A stretch of DNA of 64,000 nucleotides, from positions 786,207 to 850,206 of the forward strand of contig BDGG01000001.1 in NCBI GenBank assembly GCA_001949185.1, in the 5' to 3' direction. A program made the position numbers and the translations under genes. This stretch comes from Ramazzottius varieornatus (lineage: Eukaryota > Animalia > Tardigrada). The notes beneath the pieces are model-generated. The model searched no databases, was not told the DNA's origin, and worked only from the letters and a program-made list of their open reading frames with translations. Of this stretch, positions 40,168 to 52,186 are shown one piece after another (the stretch's first letter is position 1; every line of letters starts with the position of its first letter).

Positions 40168-40378
40168 GGGTCAACGCGCCCCTGATCGACTCATCGTACA
40201 AAGCCAGCATACCCGAGCTGCTGACTATCGTCGTGCACGAACTCACTGTGGTGTCGATCAACTAATCACTCATAATCTTTGGCAGCATTCAAGCCAATCA
40301 AAAGCGCACGGCGATAGTCAGCAGCTCGTGTATGAAAGCCGGTCAACGCAGCTCAGCATTGTACGCAGTGCCTTGCCC
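40168..40378. mobile_element. Palindromic MITE-like element
   Basis: Arms CATACCCGAGCTGCTGACTATCGTCGTGC (40208-40236) / GCACGGCGATAGTCAGCAGCTCGTGTATG (40306-40334). Outer ends are uncertain. Confidence 0.6.
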
Positions 40379-41057
40379 TGACGCACTCGCGCACTGACGT
40401 TATAGCCACGTGGTTCATGGTCGCTATTAACCGCGCATTCACTCGTCACGGGTGTGATCAGTGCGGGACTTTACGAAAACAAGCATATGACACATAACGA
40501 TAATTGAGTCTTGTCAAATGAGATTCGAGTTTCTCGACGAAATTCCGAATTGGCCTTCTTTGGCATGAGGTTGTAGAGAAAATTCAGGGCTATCGATTGA
40601 ACCGCCTCGACAAGAAATGTCGAGGTTACTTTTCGAGAAAATCAGTTTTGAGAATTCCTGTTTTTGTACGCTGGGTTTTTTCCCCTGGACGCATCCTGGA
40701 CCTAATCGAACGACAACATTGTGGGTCTCTGGATGCTACGAGAGGGTCACTAGACATTATTGATCTCTTGATTGATCAATCTATCGATACGTGCGATTAT
40801 CCGCGGCGCTCGGCCAGGACGAGCTTGAAGCGAACCAGATAAGCTGTCAGAGCCTGTTTTATGGAAGAACGACAGAATAACCACAAGGTTTAGAAAACAC
40901 AAAGGAGGATTTTGGTGGATAATTCCCGGCAGAGATACTGATACTGTCCGTAAAGCAGGCTGGCTGAACCATAACTAGAACAATGCAAGATGAGCTTGAA
41001 ATTAAGCAGGCCAACTACTGAACACAGAATGGACGAGATGCACGCGACAGACAGTCA

Positions 41058-41590
41058 TCAAGCAGTTTCAGGCTTGATGTCACGCATAGCGATTATGAGA
41101 TCCTGATTATGCAGGCGCTCTCGTTGAGCTTTGTTGAAGAGGTAGTGGACCATATAGGCGAAGACGAAAATACCAAGCAGGAGAATGACCGCTAGAGCTC
41201 CGACGGCGAACTTGAGATAAAGGTTTTCCAGTTCCATAGCGTCATTGTCTTTATCACCTTTGTGTTCCATAGTCTCAAAAAACTCTTTTGCGTATTCCGC
41301 TATCTTGGCACTTACGTGGTCGGCGTTGAGTGCTTTGTTCGTGTGGTGATTGTTGTTCACCATCTGTAAAGGATTCGTGCACTTTTAGCAAAAAATTTTT
41401 GGACAATTCGTACACGAAAATTGCAAAGGTTATGGTAACTCACGTCTTGAAGTCCTTCGATCATAGGAGCGACAAAAGGAAGGATGAAAGGTGTCATGCT
41501 TTGCATGATTGCCACTAAGTTGCCTTCAACAGGCATATTGGCCGACAATGCCAGTAGTCCAACGAAGATGAGGGCAAGCTTTCGGGCCAT
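41058..41590 (-). CDS. 150-aa type-I membrane protein of unknown function (exons 41590-41444 and 41363-41058)
   Basis: Signal peptide MARKLALIFVGLLALSA. Phase-0 80-nt intron GAC|gtgagt..tttacag|ATG. TM FAVGALAVILLLGIFVFAYMVHYLF. No stops. Confidence 0.7.
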
Positions 41591-41966
41591 TCTGCTGAAA
41601 ACAAATCCCGTATAGTCCTTCGTCAAAAGTTCCGATGAAAGAAACAATAACAAACGAAAATCTTTTGAAGAAGCTGGAAAATATATCGTTGCTCGAATAT
41701 TGATCACAACATAGACGAAGCAAAGTCAAACAGCGATATGGCAGTGGTCAAAGCGTTTGTTTGTTATCTCTGCTCATCCGAAGTTGCGCGCCTGGACCGC
41801 GTATATTCTTAAAACCTTATCTTCAATCATGGTCATCAAGGAAGAGTTTTGTCCATCTTGGGCATGCAGATCGCCGATGCGCGCGCGATGTTTACGCGTT
41901 TGAACTGGTGAAACTCTGTGGTTGGCTCAGTGTTTGTATTCACATTTGTAACATGCATGAAATAAA

Positions 41967-44900
41967 ATGAGCGGTTCCGGGGAAGATGGTCCCGCATGGG
42001 ACCATTTTATGAAACTTCCAAAGTCCGGTAAATCATATTTTCCTGACCAATGCGAGCACTGTGACACTTTGCGGCTGCGAGAAAGTGCTGTACCTCGCCT
42101 CGTTGACCATTTAATTAAATGCCGTGGACTATCATTCGACCAGCGACGCAGAATTGCTGTCATCAGTCAGCGAGCCGCGGAAACTGTGCCTCGTTATGCG
42201 GACTCCGCAGCGCCATCTACCACCCCCGCTTCAAAGCCATCTACCGCTGCTGTTGTTACGACATTATATCCGATGACGAACCAGATCAAGCATCATCTGA
42301 CAATTTCATGCAAGGCTATGAATCAGAGAAATCGATATTCTCAGAGGTAGACGCAGGTGAGTTTGACCGTCATTGTTTATTATACTGCAATAAATTTCAG
42401 ATTAATTCTTGTTCCGCCGAATTGTTCATTGTGCATTTAAAGAATGGTTACGAGATCATTAGAGTTTCGTAAACGTACAATTTCCTTTGAAATGTATTCT
42501 CCGTCCCACAATCTAGTGTCAGTAGAAACCAACCTATTTTGACGATTTTCTTACAATAGCACGTAGCATCACACAGTCAACAATTCTGCCGTAATAATCC
42601 ATACGGCTTGTTCGCGATTCTAAGCAAACTACCGGGCGTTGACAGTGGAACTGGACAGTGGACTCGGGTTGTGGATGCTGTCCTTTGGCCGGTGCATACA
42701 GTCATCGTGGACAGTGGACACTGTACACGAATGGTCAAATAAACTGAACGGCTGAAAGTCTGAAAGTCTGTATTATGCGGTGGGAGTTAGATCGAGGTGG
42801 GCGTTAGAATAAACGCATTTGGTGACAATATCTAGGTCTGTCTTTAGATCAATTTTTGAAGTGCTTCTCTATGTATGAAAACGAGTTTCCCGATGGCTTG
42901 ACACTTGTAATTAGAAATGGCGTGAAAACAACCGTTATAGTCATTCCATGATACATGGTTATGAGGCCTACGAGAGGGAACAATATGTTTTTAATTATCG
43001 AGTCTTTAATTCAGTTTAGTTGGTATTTTTTAGCGTTAGTCTGGTAAAAGAGCGAAACGTACGATGCAAATGAAAGGGCTGAATACGGCAGGTTATCATC
43101 TATCCACGCACAACAAGGTCAGCTGATTTAGGTGTCGGCCCAAATCGATGCGTTATGGTACATTCCAACTGTCCACTTCGACTAATCCCGGCTAATTTTA
43201 AATCCACGTACAACGTCATTCCGTTAAACCAAAGGCTACCCCTGTCTAACTGCAGTGTCCAGTGTCCATTGTCCGTGTACAGTGTCCCGTCCACTTCTCC
43301 GGTATGCGAACCGAGCCACTGGAAGCGTAACCAAGGGTCGCCGTACTACGCAGTGAAGAACCTCTTGCGTTGTTTCTTACGATTTTGTTATAATCTCAAT
43401 GAATCGAATTCGTGGCATGTGAAACCTGTTTTAATTTTACAGCGGAATATGACTGGAGCGACAGCGGGGACGTGGTCGCGGTACCGCTTTGTGCTCCAGC
43501 ATTTGAAGAAATAGGACTGGATTTCGAAAGGGAGACCGTCCGTGTGCACGACCCATTCAACCCACAGTCCACACCGATGATCGACCAGTGTGCAACCTCG
43601 ACGACGAAATTGGCATCATCATGGAAAACGCCCCTGAGGCGCTCTTTATGGAACAGATAGAGCGCACAATCTTTCCGGAATGGGAAAATTGGGAGCAAGA
43701 AGCGGCGAAGGCCGCACTGGGATCCCGGAAGGTATCCCTTTTTATGCAGATCATTTATCGTGTGTACGTCACGTTCCGTAATTACTTTCCCGTCAACCTG
43801 GTGTCTAATAATGTCATTGATTTCAGGCTGCTAAACCAACAAATAGAGAAAAGGTTTTCAATGAAACTCAGCAGTACGACGAATTTCGCTCGCATAACTG
43901 CAACAAGGCTAGTTGCCGCCAGGTCTCCAAAGAACAGTTCACTAATCGCCGAAAATCCGTCATGAAACTGGCTTATGAGAACCGGTATTCTTTCTTAATT
44001 GGAATGCTTCTCGCCTTTCTACTAAAGAATGCCACGCAGACGGACGGCTACTACGCTAGATATGCGTTCGCCCTTGACGTACAGCAGTGTTCTTTCGGTT
44101 TCTGCATATGTCACAGTGTTAGCTCCACTCAACTGACGAAGCTACGCAAATCAATTAGCAATGGATCATTCGAGGTCCCAGTGCACAGCCTGAAGGGCAG
44201 GAAAGGACATGGAGCCATGAAGGTAGCTCAAAGATAGGCAACGTGTCATTTTAGACTGTTTAAGTACTCGCACTACTGGAATTCGGAAATGCACTATATT
44301 TTGCAGGCAGAAAAATGCGGCTGGGTTGTTGATTTCCTCATGGAGAATGGAAACCTGTACGGTCTTCCGATGCCAACGCCCACAAGGACCGCAATTCAAC
44401 TTCCACCCATCTACCTTCCTTCGGACTTCACTTTTACTTCCCTGTACGATGGATTCTGCAAAAGACTGCGCAAATGGGAAAACGAAGAACTGGTGGAAGC
44501 CTCATAGGGGCCTATGAGCCGAAATTCTTTCCTTAGGATCTGCAAAAAGCTGGTACCACATATCAAGGTATGAGGTCTAAGAACAGACATCTGCAACGTC
44601 TGTGACCAATATGCCAGTGAAACATATACCGGACCACGACTGGACAAGACTATCGACGTCATACGGGAGAAATGGGCAGTTCACCGCAAAAGAGCTGACG
44701 ATGAGCGGGAATTATACAAGACAAGAGTCAAATCAAGCAACGAAACGTTCAAGACATATATTACACAGCCTGACTCAAAATTCCCCCGGATTCAGCGGAA
44801 CAAGGGTTGTGACTTTCGATTTTGCGCAATCGGTCGCCTTGCCTTACCACCCGGACCAGGCAGGTCCAACGTACTTCAAGGTAATACAGCTCTTAAAAGC

Positions 44901-45900
44901 CATTAATAATTTCACGCATTTTTAACTATCCATTCCATTCATCGCAGTTTTCCATCTTCCTACTTAATAACTTAATTACATAATTTCAGACATGTTTTAA
45001 GATGGCGCTGTTCGGACTCGTTGACGAGTCGCGCTCCCACAATAATTTCTTCATGTTTGATGGAGAAAATAGTATCGGTGTTGACGGGCAAAATACCTAC
45101 GGTCCAGATGCGGTTCTGTCAATGCTCAATTTTTACCTTTCCCAGCACTTCAATGGCGAGGAAATATTGATTATCTATTGTGACAACTGCAGTATGATGT
45201 CTTAACCAGACCAGAACATATGTTTCATAGTAGTAGAAATTTATCCGGCTGCTTTGTTTTAGGAGGTCGAAACCAGAACCGTTTCCTGATGGGCTATTGC
45301 GTTGACTCGGTCAGAAACGGTCGATACAAAGAGGTCCAAGTGCATTTCCTGCCCGTGGGGCACACCAATTTTTCGCCTGACGGGTTCTTTGGCCTTTTCA
45401 AGCGAATCTTCCGACGAAGCACGTTGGACCTTCCTAGCCAGCTCCGCCACACAGTTGGGGATCAGGTGGGAGGCTCATCAACGTTTGTTAAGGGTAACCA
45501 GGAGGTCTACTGGAGTTGGTACGACTGGAAAGCTTACCTCGAACCACGTTACGACACCATCAAAGGTTTTCAGGGTTCTTACCACTTCCGCCTGACTCAT
45601 ACGACAGAGCAGGGCGTAGTCCTTGAATACTCGTATACTGACGGCGTTGACGAAAAAGAGGTCGTCCTGGAATTTGCCCCGAAGCAACGAAAGGGTAAGG
45701 CAAGTGAAGAACGTGAAAGACGTGCAGAAAGAAATCCTCGGCCAGCCGCGCTGACGGTCGCCGGACCGTCCGAAAATCGGGAGACACAACTACTAGACGA
45801 TATCTCGCAGCATGTCTCTTTCGACAAGAAGCTCGCGTTTCGGTCGTACATTCAGAGCATCGCACCGCGGAAAATAGCCCAGAAAAGCAAAAGAAGTTAA
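41967..45900 (+). pseudogene. Multi-exon transposase: N-terminal BED-like zinc finger + Sola-type DDD core, inactivated
   Basis: BED-like WDHF..CEHC..RLVDHLIKC. Core motifs TDICNVC, TFDFAQSVALP..QAGPTYF, IYCDNC.G.NQN and FLPVGHTNFSPDGFFGLFKR. Several stops (e.g. 44505-44507) and frameshifts. Confidence 0.8.
42632..43302. mobile_element. Non-autonomous TIR insertion within the transposase intron
   Basis: Inverted GTGGAC..GGACACTGTACACG / CGTGTACAGTGTCCCGTCCAC blocks and GGACAGTG-type repeats. TACCGG..CCGGTA ends. Confidence 0.5.
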
Positions 45901-46446
45901 CTGGAACTTATTCCAGAATATTCGTCGCGTCACGTTTTTTCCCGGCTTGATCATTTTCACCTGCTCACATGTGTTTTTGGGTTTTGCGATATTTGTTGTC
46001 AAGTATTGTTAAAATGTGCATATGCAACCACAATTGTCTTTGAATTTCTGTTTACAGTATTCCGTGTCTCGCACCCCACAGTTTCCTACCTCATAACTCA
46101 GTGAATAATCGTGGCATACAAGTGATATCCAGCTTGTTGGATAACCCGTTCAATTCTCTACAAACCTATCCGATTACCCTCAGTTGCACCCCTGGGGACA
46201 AAATCTTGAAATGCGTCTCCTGAACAATTGGGATTTACTCGAGAAACTCGAATCTCATTTGACAAGACTCATCTGAAGTTAATTTTAGCGCAAAATTCCT
46301 TCAGAATTCCCACTCTCGTTATAAATTGTGACCAACCGATAATCACATCTCATATTGAACAGAGAATTTTACTAGATATTCGCAGAGTGAATTGTAGTGA
46401 ACTTTGATTTCCGCGTCGTTAAACAAGCCGCCGCACAGTGGACATA

Positions 46447-46704
46447 AAGTTCTACCTGCGAGATGTGACAGCTCAAATGCATTATTTGAGTTCGGAACGG
46501 CCCATACATTCACGGCGTTGCTCGCCATGCTGTTTGTACGAGATCAATCAGCTGATCGGACACCCGCTTGATCAATTGATCAAGTCAAGCCAGAAGCAGG
46601 CGTCGATCAGCTGATCGTGCTGCGTAGTGTGTGGCGAGCAAGCGCGTGCAGAATTGCTGTCCAGTCACAGAAGGAGCAACTGTAACATCTCGCAGGTAGA
46701 ACTG
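46447..46704. mobile_element. Tc1/mariner-type MITE
   Basis: TIRs AGTTCTACCTGCGAGATGTGACAG / CTGTAACATCTCGCAGGTAGAACTG, with TA on both sides. Confidence 0.85.
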
Positions 46705-47044
46705 TACTGCCATTCACGCTTCAGCAGTAAAACAGTTCTGAACGGTCAAAGTCTATTTCTACATTGGAAAGTTACGGTTGCACGTATCGAGGAGCGTGGC
46801 ATTTGAATCTTGAGAATTCAGATACTCGACTTATTTTATCACTGGCGAAAAAAGCTTCTAAATGACAACTTTGTCTTCCGGACCCTTGGCGCTAAAATTT
46901 ATACCCCTGTGATTCCCAAGCAAAATGGCTTCCTCGTTTGTGGTCCTCGCTACTAGAGAGAATGCTCTAGATAACTGGATCAGCCGTTTAGAGCGGACGG
47001 CTAACACCCCTCCAGAAAAAGTCGTTTCCTGCACAATTTGGAAT

Positions 47045-47491
47045 TTTGGCCAGAGCGCCAGTTAGGAAAAACCAGCGTCATATTATCTCAAGGTGGGCTT
47101 CTCTGGCCTTCTCTTTAACCAAGCATCAGGCACCATATGTGCTGTGGCTTCAGCACACATGGTGCCTGGCAGATTAAAGCTAAAGAGAAGGCTAGAGAGG
47201 CCCGCCTTCAGATAAATATGGTTTCTGTTTCGTACCTGCTGAGTGCATGGCAGACGCAGAACGGAATCGGACGTCTTACCATAGACGCGTCCATTGCATT
47301 CCCTACGGTTTCTATTGCACCTCAGAAAAACCTAAAAAACTCAAGTTTATGGGACATGAAAGTTCCTGACGTGCATCAAATAGCCACCAAATAGCCCCCA
47401 AACAGAACCCCGACGTGGCCCAGTTCTTATTTGGACGGATTCAGGGCTTTTTCTGCGCTGCCAATCGGGAAGTTGGCTGGAACGGGCTGTA
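47045..47491. repeat. Dispersed repeat, copy B (inverted relative to copy A), containing a palindromic MITE at ~47081-47218
   Basis: Reverse complement of the 36990-38555 pieces. The inserted hairpin AAGGTGGGCTTCTCTGGCCTTCTCTTTA / TAAAGAGAAGGCTAGAGAGGCCCGCCTT is absent from copy A. Confidence 0.8.
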
Positions 47492-47499
47492 TTCCAATG

Positions 47500-48902
47500 A
47501 AGTCTGAGTGTCAATGAGATCGCTACTTTTCTGTCAGTTGGTGACATTATCGAAGCTCCGGAAAGCAGGAGGCCGGCGATCGTAGCTCGACCGTACGATG
47601 GTACAGAAGGGTTTCCTACATGAGTGAGGTAGCATTCGAATAAAGCTGCCGAGTCTAGGGTTGCCTCGACCCGCCCGGGCCCTTCGACCCGGGGTCGAAC
47701 GGGTCGTGAACATTGTCGACGGTATCAATCGACCCTCGACCCGCAAACGACCCGCGGGTCATTTGCTAATACGATCGACCCGGGGTCGATTGAGTAACGG
47801 TATCAAAGTGTAATTATATACTTTTTCTAGGCGTTTTACGTGGCTCTAGTGAAGCTATCAAGCCAAAACAACATGCGACTGGTGGGTAGCATGTTTTTGG
47901 AAACATGCGCCCGATTCTGATCCACAATGACCCATACTATGTATAGCGGTAATGCGCATAACAGTTGTCGGATCTCGAGGGAGAGACCGTATTGCCGGCT
48001 GATAGACGAGCGTCTGAACTACCCAGTAGCACTTTAAGATCCCTTTTACAGCTGGTTTCGATTGACCCGCGGGTCGATGCTGTTGACCAATCGACCCCGG
48101 GTCGAACATCGACCTGGGGTCGTTTGCGGGTCGATGGGTCGACTGACAACGGGTCGAGGGTCGATTGATACCTTCGACGATGTTCGCGACCCGTTTCTGA
48201 CCCCGGGTCGAGGCAACCCTGCCGAGTCCAATCCCCGCGTTTCGTTGATCAAGGTCTGGACGACATGTCGGTAGCGTAAGAGCGGTCGAATATTCATGTT
48301 CTGCTGGATGGTAGTCTTGCCGGCTGCAATGACGTCGATGGGGACGGTAGCCTTGGCCCCTTCGCGGACATGGTAGGGGGCCACGAAGATGCCTCTGGTT
48401 CGGCAGATATTGCGCAAGGTCACGTAGCCCACTTGGCTATTTTGTGTCCGTAGGGTCTCCAGCGTTTTCGTGACGCCTACCAAGCGACAAGACCCTGTTC
48501 AACTGGATAACATTGGCCAAGAGGACTTGTCAGTTAAGGGAGAAGGTGTCTGTCTTCCTTACATGGGTCTTTGTACCTTGAAGCGACGCAACAATCAAGC
48601 GTTGCTTCGTGTCGGTAATGGCCTCGGCCAGCCACTTGACAAAGCTGATGTTGGCCGGTAAATGTTGGCTCTTCTCTTCGGCCAACGTCAGGTGTCGCAA
48701 GGCCTTGACCATCTCGCCGCGGGCAGCTGCAGGCAGCGCGTCGTCGTAGTGCTGCAACGTCGGCCGGACGGCACTGATCCTCTCGATCAACGTAGCCACA
48801 TTCTGCAGGATAATGCTGGTGGTCTGGGTAGCTTTCTTGGCTGATCGGATGTTCTTCAGCTGGTTGTCGTAGACTTCCCGGTCGTCGAGGGTGACGACGT
48901 CA
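47500..48902 (-). pseudogene. Inverted partial copy of the Sec15/EXOC6-like gene
   Basis: 48221-48902 is the reverse complement of 61293-61974. The exon continues beyond the MITE (AALFECYLTH|gtagga) into a diverged intron. Confidence 0.9.
47656..48220. mobile_element. hAT-type MITE with TCGACCC(G) motif arrays
   Basis: TIR TAGGGTTGCCTCGACCC / GGGTCGAGGCAACCCT (terminal A missing). Perfect 8-bp TSD GCCGAGTC at 47648-47655 and 48221-48228. Confidence 0.92.
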
Positions 48903-49365
48903 GACAGGTTAAAACAATGGGAGGAGGGATCGGCCTCTGTTACATTGTACAGGACAGTAAAACGCAGTACGTGGATCAAACGTCGTGAAATGCGGTCACT
49001 TGATCCGGCTTCTAACCCGACACGTAATTCATCGATACAGACTAAGGGACAGTTCATGATTAGTAAGGACCCACGACTTCGTTCATTCGCACATAGTGTT
49101 CTTCGGATATTTCCCGAGATTTTGTTCGCTTTGATTGCACATCGTTCCGTCGAAAGAATCCTCCATCAATACGACGCGACGGCAGCGTCATCTCCCCAGC
49201 GGACCTCAGAACTTTAGAACGGAAGCGCCGACGGATTATCTGAGAACGATCTTTTATATAATTATGCGAGTTGTTTCCTCGCCATTTGTTGGACTGTTTT
49301 TAGGTTACTGCGCCGTAGAAAAGTGGCAGGTTGTGTCACTACAGTGAAACTTTTGTTTCTTGCAG

Positions 49366-51077
49366 GTCCGCCAGGAGAGACTCCAGAGGAACGCAAGCAA
49401 CGCCATGCTTCCAACAAGGAAAAGGCCGCCATGCTGAAGAGACAAGCCGAGCCTCGTCACCGTTGGGTGAACTCGAAGTTTACCCTGACGAACACTGAGG
49501 ACGAAAGGCTGCAACCTTACCGCACATATCCTTGCATGCAGACTGTCTACCTGTGCATTTTCACTGTGTTAGTGGTTTTAGGCTTGCTTTGGATTTTGCA
49601 CATTAGGAGGCAATTGCGATGATTCCGTCAGGACCTTATCAGCCAATGGCAAATACCGTACGGATAGTTGAACTGGTTCATGCGCTGATAGCGATCTATC
49701 TCCGGTTGCGCCTTCCCGCACGAACTCTTGTTCGAGGTATACAAACCATGTCCAGCTTGTGTCTTTCCTGCTATGGCCTAAGCGAGTATTGTGTGTCGAC
49801 GTCCTGTAGGCGTTTACTCTGTCACAACGTAGTTCTTATTCCTTTTTTTGTCGAACGGACGTTTTTGATGTAGTGTCTCATTTTCGCAATGGTATCGTTC
49901 TTCTAGTTTGGTCCCAATGTACAGTGTGTAGTTCCTAAGCAATGTTCAAGTGAAATCTACCGCTCTGCGCGTATGTGTGAAATGGTTCGCTCGCTGAGTT
50001 ACTTGGAGGCCATGGAAAAATGTGCGGAGGATGCATGATGGAAGTTTTATCAGTATCCCTGCTGCCTCTGCTGTAATCATTGCTTTCTTGATCCTCTCCG
50101 TTGCGCTCTTATATTTTGTTCAACTCCGCCGTTTTGTCCGTCTTGGCAGAGAAACCATTCCCGCTTTGCTAACCGAGCTAGAACGTAGTTGTGATTTGGC
50201 TCTTCATCCACCAACGATCTCTCCCGAAGAAGTTTCGCCGTACGAGATATCCTTTACGGTATCGCCGCTCGACCAGTTAGCTGAGCTCTTTAGTGTGGCC
50301 GTCCGACTGCGCCATCACACGGAACTTTTGCTCAAGTCTTGGATATTCCGCTACAGAAGGAAAGGTCTCGGTATGAGAAGAATGCTGGCCAGGATAGAGA
50401 CAGCAAGGAATCGTTTACAGGAAGCGGAAAATATGGACGACTTCAATGCCATCTATTTACCGGAAATCCAACAACAGCTTCTCACACTCATAGGAAAAAT
50501 TCGCGAATCCGAAACTAAACGTAAGAATTCGGCTGTATACAAACATTGTAGTAGACTTCTTCGTGGACAATAATACTGGCTGGACCAAGGAAGACGGTTG
50601 GTCTTCAGCAAAGACTCAATATTACTTAGTAATGTGACAGCGCGAAGACAAAATTTTAGTCTTTGGCTTTTTGCAGGAAAGTCTCAGCAGCAGGAGGAAT
50701 CTCACGAACTGGCCGAATTTCTTCCTTCTACTTTTAACTTTACGTGTGCAATCCCGATTCCCGATCACTCAGCGCACCACAACGGCTCGCCCACGGATAC
50801 GCCACATGCGGAAACGATTTCATCCGACAGGCCCGCAAAGTGGTCTGTCCTTCGTCCCAGCGTCCTTCCTGATGCCACCGCCAACCGTTCGGCGACAAAG
50901 AGCGAAGAGCTCAAGCCGACCCTCAGTCAAGACGCCCTGCTGGACCTAGCTCCTCACCTAAAGCACCGCACTGTCGCTCTGAAGGCCGCTGTCGACGCAC
51001 AGGGTGACTTCCACGCCATGATGCGCGCCGCCAAGTACGACAGCCTTCGACGGAGAGACGTCGTGTATGTAGCCTGA
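49366..51077 (+). other. Unrecognised membrane-protein-like coding fragments, possibly decayed
   Basis: ORFs with TM-like segments (VYLCIFTVLVVLGLLWIL, AVIIAFLILSVALLYFV), a helical region and tgcag acceptors. No consistent model or homology. Confidence 0.3.
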
Positions 51078-52186
51078 GTATGTATGGTGCATCCGCCACC
51101 AAGTATCACCAGCTACCTGTCAAGTGATACCTTTGTTTTTTTGAGATTTAGCCCAGATATATTTCTTCTTCGTTACAGGACAAGGTATCGAAGAAGGCGG
51201 TTTTCTGGCAGAAAATACACCGAAAATATTTACAGCACCGAACCAGACCCAGAAACCTCAAAGATCTCTTCCGGAAGATTGCGACTTTTATCCAACTATA
51301 CTCCGTATGGGCGGTCCTCCACAAGTTTCTCCTCCGATGGAATTATTAGATGATGAACTTATTGTTGAACTTCGTTTACTTTCCGTTGCTCTCCGGTCCT
51401 TTGAATCTTCGATTTTGAGGTTGTTGCTGCTGCAGGGCTCTCATTGTCCCTGGCTTTGCTTTGCCCAGATTTTCCCAAGGTTTTTTATAGCATCGGAGCT
51501 TCAATGCAAATCTCAGTGACCCGTGTAAATTGGGAATCTTGAAGTATGATATTTTGCCGCTGAGGCGGGCGGAGTTTGCAATTACGTCATCGCGGACGGA
51601 CTTGACCGCAGGAGCCACCCGCATGCAGTATTAATCGTACGCCTTATCGTACGCCTTATCGTACGCATTCGTTGCACACAGTAGGCTCCGCCCGGTTGCC
51701 CAACTCTCACATCAGACCATTGCCTTTAGCTCGTTTCCTCCTTGACTCTTTGGTGCTGTACCTGGCCAACCACTACCTTCTGAACTAGAAACCAGTCTTT
51801 GACGTCAGACCGTCCCTGCTCACCGTGCACTAATCCGAATCGTGCGCTCTGCTTGCGCCGTATGCAAGTTCCATTTCAAATTGAAAGCGGCGATTATCTT
51901 CCCCGCTGCGCCGCATTACAAGCCTTTTCTCACGCTCGATTTCACAATAGGTGTTGACCGTGTTGTTTGAGTCTTTCTTCCGTTTACTTGAACTGGCACG
52001 TACTGTGCTAAACCACCTCAGATCTCGATCAGTTTCACAGCTGGTATAAGTGTTTTTCCTTCGACATGTTCATCGTGCTTGAAATTATTGGACGATGACG
52101 GATCTGCGTGGAATGGAATGGCATACGGATGAATTGATGCGCCTTGTTTGTCGTCTTGATTGACAGGACTTGATTGATCAACAACA

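Larger units (their letters stand above)
40506..46270 (+). mobile_element. Sola-type (DDD) DNA transposon, 5765 bp, enclosing a cargo gene
   Basis: Perfect 32-bp TIRs GAGTCTTGTCAAATGAGATTCGAGTTTCTCGA / TCGAGAAACTCGAATCTCATTTGACAAGACTC, plus a subterminal inverted match (AGGTTGTAGAGAA). The flanks AATT and ATCT do not form a perfect TSD. Confidence 0.8.

Noticed and set aside
51634-51666. (ATCGTACGCCTT)x~3, and small duplications at 27116-27187 and 39743-39779
   Set aside because: Ordinary local slippage duplications.
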